Source: Klebsormidium nitens (Eukaryota; Plantae; Klebsormidiophyceae). From it: DNA of 64,000 nt. The stretch covers positions 1 to 64,000 of the forward strand of contig DF237214.1 in the NCBI GenBank assembly GCA_000708835.1, written 5' to 3'. Shown here one piece after another: positions 24,801-36,200 of the stretch (positions are counted from its first letter, which is position 1; each line of letters begins with the position of its first letter). The position numbers and the translations under genes were made by a program. Under the pieces are notes generated by a model. That model saw only the letters and a list, made by a program, of their open reading frames with translations. It ran no database searches and had not been told where the DNA came from.

Positions 24801-27800
24801 CCAGTGGGGCCGTCCAAACGGGCTGCAGGAGCGTCAGCTGCTCACAAGAATGCGGGTCCCAAACCGAGCGCCCAAACCAAAGCAGGGGGTACCACTTTGA
24901 AACAATCGACGGGCGTGTCCATTCAGACAGAGGCGGGGTCTCGGCAACCGGCAGGGCAGGCCCGAGGGTTGCTCACGTTGGGAGCAGGCCAACCTGCCGC
25001 TGCTACGGCATCTCCTCCGAAACTGACGCCATCTGTTGGGGTTCCCCAGTCTGCTCCTGGACAAAACGCGGTTCAAGCAAAACCTCCCTTGGTCAGCCGG
25101 CCCGTCTTCCCTGGGCTTCTCAACCCCGGCCTCCAGTTTGGCAGCGCAGTTAAGCCACTTGACGCTACTAACCCGCCGGAAGGCAAGCCATCACAAAGCC
25201 AGCCTCTGATGCTCCTCAATTCTACTAGCCCCCCCAAATCCACCGGCCTTCCAGCACAGCAGGGTTCCGCGTTTGGCATATCTGCGCCGTTCATCTCCGG
25301 GGCCCTTGGGACCAACCTCGCCTTTGGCAGCGGGACCACAACAAAACCAGGGCAAAACGCTCCCCACCCAGGTTTAAGACAATCGCTGCCCTCTCCCGAC
25401 CCACCAAAAGGGGGTCAAGAGAAGCAGCTCCCTTCAGGTTTCTCAACTGCCGGACCCCTCGGAAAGAGCTCTCCGGAAGATGCGCTTGCAGCTACGATTA
25501 AGGCGCTGAGAGACTCTATCCAGCGGCAAGCCGAGGTCGCAAGTTCGTCTATGGTTGGAGACTCTGGGTCCAAGTCAGCAAAGCAGGAGCTGCCACGTGG
25601 CAAGGAAGAAGCGCCGCCAGGTGGCGGCGCCTCGGAGCAGACGCGGCGGTTGGCGTACATTAAGAAGCGGAAGAACGTGCTTGTGAGGCGAGTGACTCCA
25701 CAGCGTGGAGCACTCGCGCAGGCGTCGCGACCGGTTTCGGAGTCCGGAGTGGGGGCTGATACTGGTGGGAACAAGGGGGCCGGGGCGGTGTTGAGCAACC
25801 GGGGGGTCGCACCGTCGGGCAAATCGACTCCGGGGGAATCAAAAAGGCAGGTTGGAGGGGGGCTGGGAAAGCAGCGAGGCGGATTACGTGCTGGGGCACT
25901 GAAGAGGCCGGTTGGTAACGCGGTGCATCAGCGAAAGGCCCTGTCTTGGCAGCGGGCGTCGGCTGCATCGGGTGCGACTTCTGCCGCCTCCCCGCATACC
26001 CCGCTGTTACAGGGCCCTAGGCGGAAGCAGGGAGCGCGGGGTTTGACCTGGAAGTTGGGAGGCCCTGTCACGCCAGGCGGCGCTCCGAAGCTGAGGCAAA
26101 GTTCCCTGAAATCGCCGCGACAAGGCCCGAGAGGATCCGGGAAGTTTAGCGCCAAGAAGTCGGGGCTGGGGCCGGGGAAACCTGTGGGGCGCCAAAGCGC
26201 GGTGAAGAGGCGGGCGGCGCTGAAATGGTCGAGGCAAAAGGGGACGGCTAGAACGCCAGGGTGGGCGACTCCATTGCCTTGGTCGGACGAGAAGGGGTCG
26301 CTGCTGAACATGCTAAGGTGAGTCGTCAGCTGGTTAGGAAGAGAGAAATACAGGGAAACAAGGGGTTGAGAAAAAAAGAGAGAAGGAATTGGTTGTCCGT
26401 TGGCGAAGTGGACAACGACTGGCGCTCCTTCCAGCGGATTCAGTCTGCACCGTGTTGGCTCCGCATGTCTTGCCTGCGTTTTCCTAGAGTACCTTTGGAG
26501 TCGTAGATGTTAAATGCCGGGCAAGAGAGACAATCGCATCCTTGTTCACCTGTCTAGAAGAGATTGTATTATTGTAGTGGTTATGATTTCTAGAAAAGAT
26601 TGTATTAGGGACATAAAGGGAGAAGCATCCGTCTACCTGTCTATCTCAAAGTGTTACCTATGCAAGCCTGTGCCCCTTCTCAGGGCCACTAAGTCAAAAT
26701 ATGCTTGATAAAGCCCCTGCTTTTCATATGAACCCGGCTTCAGCTCAAGCGTCTTTTCGTTTGACGCTTGTTCGTCGCATACTTTAATAACGAAGTCGAT
26801 GACCACTTTTTGATACTGCAGACAACTTCGCGGCCAGCGCAGCTACACGTCGACCTATGCCAAGTCCACCAACGGGCTGTCGCTGAAGCGCACGGGAGCG
26901 GTGGGGCTCAAAGGGAATCTCAAGTGGACGCTGTCCGGGGGCAAGAAACGAAAGGAGGCTGCGGAGAAGGCTGCGCAAGCAGTGCGGGGGTCTCTTGATG
27001 TGAGTCCTTTAGTCCAGCCTATTGTCCTCGTCCCCGTATGTTAAAAAACTTTGTCCGCTTAATTTTGTCGTTTTCAATTGGTTCGAGAAAGAAACTGCTC
27101 TAGGTCCATCTGTTGAGTTGGGTCTCTTGCGTTTCGGCGAGGGACATGTCGAAGCAAATCATATACTTTTATGGACCATTCATTAAAGGAGGTCAAACCA
27201 CTGCGGCTGAAGACTGATACGTCAATATACGGCAAGAAACAGCCCTTTCTCCGGTAGTTTTTGAGGAAGCCACCGCTTTGTTCTTCAATGTAACTCATTC
27301 TGCGCATATGATCCCTACTGCCCTGCCCTAATCACTTCCCCGAACAACTATTCAACACAAGCCCTGCTAGACTACACGGATACTCACCACAGCAGGCTCT
27401 CAATCACCATGAACTTCACCGCAAAAGCACATCTATTCCGGATGTTCTTACCTTTCGAGGACGAGAAAGTAAGTAGGTTGCTTCTTTTTCCCCCAGAACG
27501 ACAACGGAGATCCAGCCGGGACTAGCGCTAGGAAGCGGAAGGCCGCGGCGGCGGCTCGGGCGACTGCTCGTTCGAGGCGAGCATCCCTGGAGGCGAGCCT
27601 GCGCAGGCGGCCGGGAGCGGCCCCACCCAATCGTGAGTATACAGACGCTTTCGCCAGTCATTTACAATGGCTAAACAACATCTATCTATCGAGCACATGA
27701 AGAAACGGCACGTGGATCTTCGGTACTCAAAATGGAAAACCTGTTCTGCTTTGATTTGTCCAGAGGGCTGCTTCCAACCGTCGCCAAAAGCCCCCTGAAA

Positions 27801-30261
27801 AGACCTAGGTCGAGTTGGCACTAAATGAAAGCACAGACGTTAGTCCTGTTTGTGAATCCCGCTCGCCTTACCCGTTTGAGGTGATACCTCGTGCCTTTGA
27901 CCGTGCTCGGTGGTAACGTGTGACTCCACAGGGGCTGCCGGGGTTGGCGTCAATGTCTGCATTCACAGTAGTACATGGCGTTTGATAGAAAACAGATTTA
28001 GTCAGTCAACTTTGCAAGCCGTGTTCCCGCTTCCTTTCAGGCGAGCGCGTGATCACGGTGGGCCTGGCTACGTACAAAATGGACGCCGGCGGACGGACGC
28101 TCGTCCGCGTGTCCGAGCCCACCACCCCGGGAGCATTCACTCCGCCCGCCACGACCCCGAGACGGGCCAGTGTGAACGGGCAGACATTCGTCCGGCAGGG
28201 AACGAGCGACCGCCTGGTGATTGACCCGACCTCTGCGCGGAAAACGCTCGCGAGCGGGCGGCTGAAGTGGTCGCTTCAGAACGCGCGGCGGCGCAGGGCG
28301 ACCAAGGGAGAGACGCTCTGCCCGTACTTCACGAAGTATGGTGAGGCGTTGATGATCTGCTCAAAAACTCGGAGGTTCAGAGTTTTGCTGGCAACATTTG
28401 AATAAGGGGGCCTGAGTCAAACAAACGGATGGATGAAAAGGTGATATCAATGAATACTCAAAGAACTATTTCGACAGGAAGTTCTACCATTTAGGGGTGA
28501 CTCTCGCTTCGGTGCCTATTCACGCTTATCATGATAGCACGCAGTTTTCATTTAAGAAAGGAGAGCAGAAAAGACGGCCGGTTGTTCGTTGCAGTCAACT
28601 GCTGTTGAGGCGTTTTGCCTGCTCTGCTTTCTAGAAACGAAGTATTGACTTAAGTGGACGCTGTTCGTCAAGCCAGACAAGTACCGATGTGTTCCGGTCT
28701 TGAAGCACAATGTCGATGCCGTGATTCCAATTCTTGCCCCCTCAAATCTGAACGCTTTTGCCCTTGTCACGCAGGCAAGTGCAACCGCGAGGGTGCCACG
28801 TGTCCGTTTGTGCACGACAAGGACAAGGTGGCCATCTGCACCAAGTTCGTGCTTGGGCGGTGCGAGAACTCGGACTGCACCCTCACCCACAAGGTGAGGC
28901 ACCCGCTTTTCAGGTGTCTTCCTTAAACCATTTTGCAACGAATCTGATTTGCAATGACCGGATAATGCGGGTCGCCGGCGTGGTCAACCATCTTCGGTGG
29001 TTTTGTCGCAAACTTGGCCAAACCAGCGCTCGTTTGTCGCTTGCCGCTTCTAAAACTGATAGAAGGTCTTGTACATCATCTCTTGAATCACTTTCTATTT
29101 CGGTCCTGCCTCACGTCCCCAGCTTCAGATTAGGGGGACCTTTGATCCGCAATCACTTTGTTTGAGTTCCGCCACATGTTTCCACCCAACCTTTGAAGTC
29201 CGTGCCTTTCTCCCCACTTGCTCACTCATAAGTAACTCATTACTTTCGTGAGTGATTGAGTCACTAGACTACCTTCGTCTCCGCCCAGATCATCCCGGAG
29301 CGCATGCCCGTCTGCAAGTACTTCCTGGAGGGCACGTGCACCAATGAGCGGTGCCCGTTCCGCCACGTCAGCGTCGTGCCGAATGCGCCCGTCTGCCGCG
29401 AGTTCCTCCAGGGGTTCTGCCCACGTGGCGACACGTGTCCGCAGAAGCACACGTCCGTGTGTCCCAAGTTCGCCGCAGATGGGCAGTGCGAGGAGGGCGA
29501 AAAGTGTGGGTTCTACCACCCCACCAAACGGACCTGGACGCTGGCGAGGGCGCTCAAAGAGGTGGGGAAGACTCACTTTCCGTGAGCCTCCGAAAAGCCA
29601 TTGGGGAGGTGATCTTTAGATCCTCAACGTCAACCGGAGTACCAAAGTGATTAAACTTTAATTACGTCGTCGAGATGTACTATGCCGAATGGGGAGAGTG
29701 GCTGCTCTGCTCCAGTTGCGAGCTGGCATGTCGCTGCCAGGGCGTTGCAAATCAAGGGCTGCTGTTTTGTTCGTAGGGTGACCGGATCGGAGACGCTCTG
29801 ATAAATTTCTCCGGATCAAGAACTCTGTTGCCTGGCTGATTTCTTCTTGGGCTGGCCCGATATCGAAAAACGCAATATCAGGGCTTCCAAGCCCTTTGCT
29901 CCAACATTCCCTTTGCCCTCAGAGTCTAGAGATTCAAAGGGTTGGTTTTCAAGTCCTTCCAGAATGGTCGGAAGCCGAAGCGCTCGCGCCCCGTCCTCTA
30001 CAAAAACTTCAAAGTCTCAAGCGATAAACTCGGTGATTCTGGTTACCGTTCCTCCAGGCCGGCCGGAAGCGGAAGCGTTTGCGCCCTGCCAAGCCCGAAA
30101 CTCCGCCCGACCTGGGCGAGGGCGGAATCCTGCTGCCGCCAGACGACGGCGTCGAGTCGGAAGCGCCCGAGCGGCCGCGCGTCCGGCGGCGCTACTTCGA
30201 GGCTGACGTCAGCGAGGTGGCCCGGAAGATCAAGCCAGCATTCCTCTTTGATGACGTGTGA
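18825..30261 (+). CDS. SOP1: Large CCCH zinc-finger protein, SOP1/ZC3H3/Red5-like nuclear exosome cofactor
   Basis: Five C-terminal CCCH fingers: CPYFTKYG|KCNREGATCPFVH, CTKFVLGRCENSDCTLTH, CKYFLEGTCTNERCPFRH, CREFLQGFCPRGDTCPQKH and CPKFAADGQCEEGEKCGFYHP. Family-like upstream motifs YAKSTNGLSLKR..LKW and ERVITVGLATYKMD. Exons include 18825-19061, 19652-21629, 22097-22328, 22831-26317 and a last exon 30058-30261. Most of the >2000 aa is low complexity. Confidence 0.85.
22426..22485 (+). repeat. Decayed intronic copy of an exon 3' end plus intron start (donor mutated)
   Basis: GTGAAGGGCCGACCAAATGCTGCTGATGGAAGG..GGGTGTCAAG versus the real junction GTGAAGGGCCGGCCGAACGCTGCTGATG|GTGAG..GGGTGTCAAG, 129 bp upstream. 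Confidence 0.75.
24491..24672 (+). repeat. Coding 21-bp minisatellite (~9 units; 7-aa SET-T/V-V-x-x repeat)
   Basis: Units begin GTCCGAA.. every 21 nt, giving SEAVVKP-SETTVKP-SITTVTL-SETTVRV-SERTIRL-SEGVFGA-SETVVGA. Confidence 0.8.
29955..29998 (+). repeat. Decayed intronic copy of the last-exon acceptor plus exon start
   Basis: TTCCAG|AATGGTCGGAAGCCGAAGCGCTCGCGCCCCGTC (NGRKPKRSRPV) versus the real CTCCAG|GCCGGCCGGAAGCGGAAGCGTTTGCGCCCTGCC (AGRKRKRLRPA), 95 bp downstream. Confidence 0.65.
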
Positions 30262-33225
30262 GGTGAGTTTGTGGGCTGGGGTTGGTGCAATGGGTCGCAC
30301 GAAAGGCTGAGTCCAGCTTCGGGTTTCTGGCTGCTGAGAAGCAAAAGGTTTAGAGAAGACAGCGTTTCTCCGGAGGCGGGGAAACTTTGTAAAAACAAGA
30401 AGGAAGGAAACATCTTTTCGGGCGGCTACTCAGCAGATACTCCCAGGGCGAATGCAGCACGTGGAGCGTAATTGGAGGACTCAAGGTGAGCGCATGCTCG
30501 AGCTTGACGATAGCAACGGCGAAAAAACCAGATGATGCTCCATCTTTCGCAAGGAGACTCTTCTTTTTTCCAGGAATGATTTTCTTTGCGGGTTCGATCG
30601 GATTACCATCTTCGTTCGATGAGACCTCTCCAAGAGCAGCTTTGTGAAGAGGATTGTGGCTAGAGTGCGCAAGATTGTCGTTCAGCTTTACTGATCGAGA
30701 AGCAGCGCTCCATGAATGATCTTCCTTAGATGTATTTACAACATGCCTCCAATCGTCCAGAATCGGTCGGATGGAGTTGAGGTCCTGGAAGATTTGTTTA
30801 AAATGAATCGTCGCAGGTGCCTTGTGTGCAATCTGGACTTCCTACTGCGTTTTGGCGTTTGTCTTTTGCAAACGGCATGAAGCTGCGGCGATGTCCCCAG
30901 AGTCATAGCGGAGGAACGATAGCAAATGGTTTTGTGTGTCTTTTCCAGCCGAGGACCAGGAGCGGTCGAGAGTGCGCGGGATGCTCTTGCGATCACGCGC
31001 GTACTCATTTCACCTCACCTCACTTACACTTTCTAACAGCGATCCCGCTAGTCACGTTGCACAGGGTGAAAATTCTCACACTCACGTCTCACCACTCGGT
31101 CCCGCGACTCGGCATTGGGATACCCCGGTTGCGTTGCAAGTTCTTGGGGGGTGGCTGTTCTTGCAGTCGGCCAGACAGCCCGAACCACTTCTTATATCTA
31201 CAGATGTCGAGCACGCAGCATAGGAACCCTCTTTGAGGATAGTCTCACTAACACAACTAAACACGTTGGAAGCGCTTGGCACGTGAGCGTCCACTCGGGC
31301 ATAGCCCTCGCGGAAGCAAGAAAGGATTGGCCACAGGCGGGAGCCACCAAGGGGTTAAGATGGCTCTCAGCTTGCGGAGCTCTCGTGAGATGTTGGCTGC
31401 TTGGTTCTAGCTCGGGAGCAGAACTTCCTATAGTTTGGAAAAGTGGGCGCACAATGAGGTATCTGGCTTTTGGTTAGCCATAGGAAGTTTACAGTAAATA
31501 AGAGGCCAACCATCTTACGAAGCACGCATGCCTAGTCAAGGTTAAGTGTACGGACAAGAGCCCAATGGAAGTAGGTCAACATGACATATTTTCGACATGT
31601 GATTCTAACTTTTAACGCTCAATCTGATAGCGCAAGTCATTAACCCATGCTTAGCTTCTCATTTGAAGTCAAGTCGGTGCATGGCATGCTGCCCGCGGAG
31701 CATGGTGTTGCATGGTTCATGTATATGCCATGATGCATCGAAGTTTATCTTGCGCATGTGGAGTATGCAAATCATGAAGAAACCCTGGTCCAAATCGCAA
31801 GCCTGTATGACGCCTAGGTCGGGCCATACAATCACAGAATATGTCAGAGACACCGGCCTACCAATATACTCGATTGGACGTCAGCAATATAAGGTGAATC
31901 CTTTTATAGAAATGATAGCCCCGGCCGGCAGTGACTGCATCATTCTTTTGAGCTGGCATACATATGAGGCATATATATAAGTACATATTGGCTTGCCTCT
32001 TCCCGTAGGGAAGTAGGGCAACCATACATATTGGGTTTTTTGCCGCTGCGCGGGCCCGCAAATCGACCTGCTCGGCTTGGCCCCGTTCGACGATAAAACT
32101 CGGCGTACGGCATAGAAAAATGGCCGGATAGCGGTGCGAAAGTTTTTTCGACTGGGCCCGCATGCGGCGCAGTTGCCAGTTTACGAATCGAACATTCTGG
32201 TACGGCCGGTGAATGGTGCAACTCTTCGTGTCGTACTTCGTGCATGTTCGCAGACTTCGACGCCGAAGTTTCGTGCGTACTTGGTCGTTGGTGTCACGAT
32301 TAATAAATCTGGACCGTACAAACGAGCTTTCGGCGAACGATACCAAATCAGATTGTCCACCGTTGATCGGATAGATAATCAACGAAAAGAGGCAAGCCCT
32401 CGCCGTCATACAGACGGCGGCCGATGTAGGTAAGGTCATGCCGCCGCAAGCCCTGGGGCCTGAGCTGACCGGATGACGGTGACCGGACCGGTCAATCGCA
32501 GTCTGACAATGTCCTGCCAACGTCACCTCGGACTGTTAAGGGATCACCCTGACACGCAGCACGATGCGATTCGTTATTGCCCGCTACGCGTCAACAGCCG
32601 ATTCGACACGCTGCCCACATGGCTCTGCGACTCACCCTGATGACGTACGGGCTCGAGCCTGAGGTCTCCAGCACGGCTATGGGCGGCAGTACTGCATGCA
32701 AACAAAGTTGCTGCATCATGCTGCAGGCTGGCTACAGTACATATTGTAAGGCTCTTGTGCATCTCTTGTTGCCCAGCACCATGCCAGAGGACCTACCTAA
32801 AAGTCAAAGTGATGCAACTTGAAGGATACTATGAGATCACAACTACTGCAGCATTTTCCAGGATCCAAACTCAGTTGAAACGCAAAGATATAGCCTATAG
32901 GTGAGGTCACGTTAGGGGGGCAAGAGCCTAGACTGGGTTCTCTCCCTTCCGGTAGTCGTCCTCCTGGATATCAGGTTTCAGAGGGCCAACCACTTGCTCA
33001 TCAATGCCCAGATGATTTTCATTTTTTAAATTCTCAATCACTTTACTCGCCCCGGCGCCTCCAACAAGTTGAAGCTACATTCAAGCTTGACACTTCCTTC
33101 ATCACCGGTGACATCAGCTAGCGCCCCCCAAAACAGGAGAAAAGGCTTACTTTCTACCAATTCATGCCCCCGGCACTTTAGGCTTCCCCCAAATCTGCTG
33201 TGCTTCCCGCCCACAATTTGCCCAA

Positions 33226-36200
33226 ATGGCGCCCGGACGCGTTTTCTTTGTGGCGCTAGCAGTGGTGCTGGCCGTATGCTGGGAAAGTGTAGATGCACAG
33301 GTTGGCTTCGATAACTCACGCGCCGACGGCTACACTTGCCCGCCGGGCCTTCTCCCCCTCAACCGGGGCAACTCCGACACGTCTGAGATCGTCTGCGACC
33401 AGGACCCGTGTTACAATGACGTCATTGGCTGTGGCCCAGGTGAGTCACTTCCACGCAACGCGTTCTTATCAGTTGATTTGACCACACGATGAATGCTTGG
33501 TATGTGCGGAGTATTAGGCCTCAGATGCTTTGACAAGTCAGAATGTCCCCTCGTTCATCCTTGCAGTTTTGCCCACAGCGAGAAGGACGACCTTGCAATA
33601 AGAGTATAGTCAGAAACTTGAAGGACGAAACATGCAACAATGTCCCATAGCTACCAACACCCATGGAGGACTGTTCTTGGCTCCTAACTGTCTACAACGT
33701 TGGGAAGCTTATATTGGTCCGTGTCAAGTTCCCATTTTGACCCAAGTAAGAAGGTTCAATTCTATTGTCAGCTCATGTCATTCTTAGCTCATGGGCTCTG
33801 ACCCTTGTTGGGTCCTACTTATGGACGAAAAGCAGCAGAGTCTGATGGGTCTAGAAAGTGGAGAAAGGGAAGCTTTGGGGAAATCTGTTGTTGTCTTAGG
33901 TAAAACATCAGGTGGGTTGCTCACTAGTAGCAGGCGCTAAAATGGTAGCAACTCCGGAGCTTTTTTCTTGGTGCAAACAAGGAAGAATTGTCTGGGGTAT
34001 GGGACACTGATGACCTGATTGTTGCTTTGGGTGGACAGCGAGTTGGGAGATGCAGGTGCAAACCTGACTGCTATAGGAGTTGGTATGATTTAGAGGAGCT
34101 GAGCCAACCGATCCATAGTCTGTGACCAGAAGCTTTGGATCCTACAGGCTTAGAGGCTTTGTTGTCTCACCTTCTTTCCGCCTTAAATTCGCCTTTTCTC
34201 ATCCCTTAACCATTAATGTGCGAAGTGCAATTCTACTCCACGCTTCTTCTTAACCGAAGTCGAACCTATCTCTTCTCATCCCTTTTTCACTCTTTCAAAA
34301 TGCTCGTTTTCTTTGTTCAATTGTACAGGCAACGTGTGTACCCGGCTTCCCAGAGCCTCCATTGGTGGATATTTTTACCAACATGACTGCCAGTGCAAGC
34401 CTCCCTATGTTCGAGGAACATACACAGGCTACAAAGGCCTCGGATCCCACACCAGTTGCTATATCCCTGGTAAGAAAAGTCTCTCTAAAACACCTCTATT
34501 TCTGGTTGGTTGAACACCTCTCTGGAACATTTATTCTCAAAATTGTTGCCAAAAAGCTTTGTCGCTCTCCATTAAAGAGGGCGTCAGGGGACCGGTTCCC
34601 CCTCTGGGAACCAGATACTGCCCCGCAGGGTGGTCGCTAAAGGCTGTTTAGGATGGGATTTGGGCCGTTGGATGACTTTTTCTCTTGGGACTTAGATGCA
34701 CAATTATCCCTTGAAAACGTCCCTTCATTCAGTCCTACTTTCTTGCTAATCTAAAGCAGGGCTATCACCGGTGGGCTCACTTCCAATCGATTCCTCTCGG
34801 TCAGAAGACCGAGTTTCCTGCCTGCCAACACATGGGCCGCCGTGTTCAGGAAAGCAACATCTCGATCCATTGTTCCCGTTTCCTCCTTTTGGACCTCGCG
34901 TGCCGTTTCCGTCCCCCCCTTCTGATCACCGGAAACGCAAAGCCTTTGGGATCGGTGATCACTTAAGGCGCCAGGCTGACATCCTTCTTCCAAGGAACTT
35001 TGCAGGCCAAGAGGTGTGCTTTCCCGACCCCTGCCAGAACGGCGGCGTGTGCGGACGTCAGATAGGCGACAGCGGTGACGTCATCGACTTTACGTGCAAT
35101 TGCCCCGTGGGTTTTGGCGGGAAGACGTGCTCGCTTCAGACGACGTGAGTGTGCCATCTTGCTGGCCTTAACGAAAGTTGGGTTGCTAACCAGGCTGATT
35201 GCCCGGCTTGAGTCTCGGGTTACTGGACAGATAAGCGGGCTGTTAAACTTGTTCCAAGGCTGATTGCTCGACACTTGACCTTTTTGTAACCAGCTCATAG
35301 CCAGCCCATAACCATCCATGGTTAAGAACAAAAGTTCCTGCGGATCTCCGCTCATAGCATCCGCCACTTGATGCAAGGCTTGGCACCTTCAGTCCCCTAT
35401 GCTTCTATTTCACTGGACCGAGACTCGGTGTCAAAGAAGCATTCAAACCTAATTGACAGGAGTCAGCCTCTTCAATTACAGAGATCGGATGCCCAGACTT
35501 CAAACCGGTCTAGCGGCGAGTAACTCTTAACCTGCCTTTCGTTCGACCGGAGACAATCCCCTTCTCCCCTAGTTTGTTCATGTCCCCTTGAAAAGGTGCA
35601 CAATTCTTTGTGCCAACTTACAGATGTGAAAGTCATTCGCAGTCCTGAGCAACTTCACAAAGTCAAAGCAACCAACGTGCAGGGAGGCCTACGGCGGATT
35701 CCCCAAGCCGGTGAAGACCTCTGAGCCAAGCGGGCCCCCGTCGAGCGGCCCCCCTCCAAGCGGCTCTCAAGGTACAGCCTAACTGAATAGACTCAAGGCC
35801 GATCCAAGCCTCAGACTCTAGCGAATCTACGCTTTGGTAATCGTTCAGAGTATCCGGAACGAAGGCTTTTTTCAGATGGTTGTCGCCTAGGTGTAGTCAA
35901 ACATACAGGCCTGAAGTGCTTGTCAGAAAGTTGGCTTCCGACATTTAAGTAGGCATGCTGAAACATCGCTTGTTTGGATACCTTAGCTGTGACGTGAGAC
36001 GCATGTAATCCCTTGACAAAGATCCGGACCGAGACGTGCTCGGAAAGGAGCCAATGATAATTTGCGAGTCGTACAATTTGACTCGTTTACTGCACCTTGT
36101 GAGTCGAAGTTTGGCGGGAAAGGGACCTTCTGGTTGAAGAGATTAGCACTTTTTCAACAGCTCATGTCCAAACCTTCTGTGGGATGTGCGAAGCTAGGAC

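Noticed and set aside
31500-32600. CATG-rich intergenic blocks with small GC hairpins (also 4900-5400 and 38880-39400), possible non-autonomous Helitrons
   Set aside because: I could not find TC..CTRR termini at the right distance from a hairpin, TIRs, or convincing homology among the blocks.
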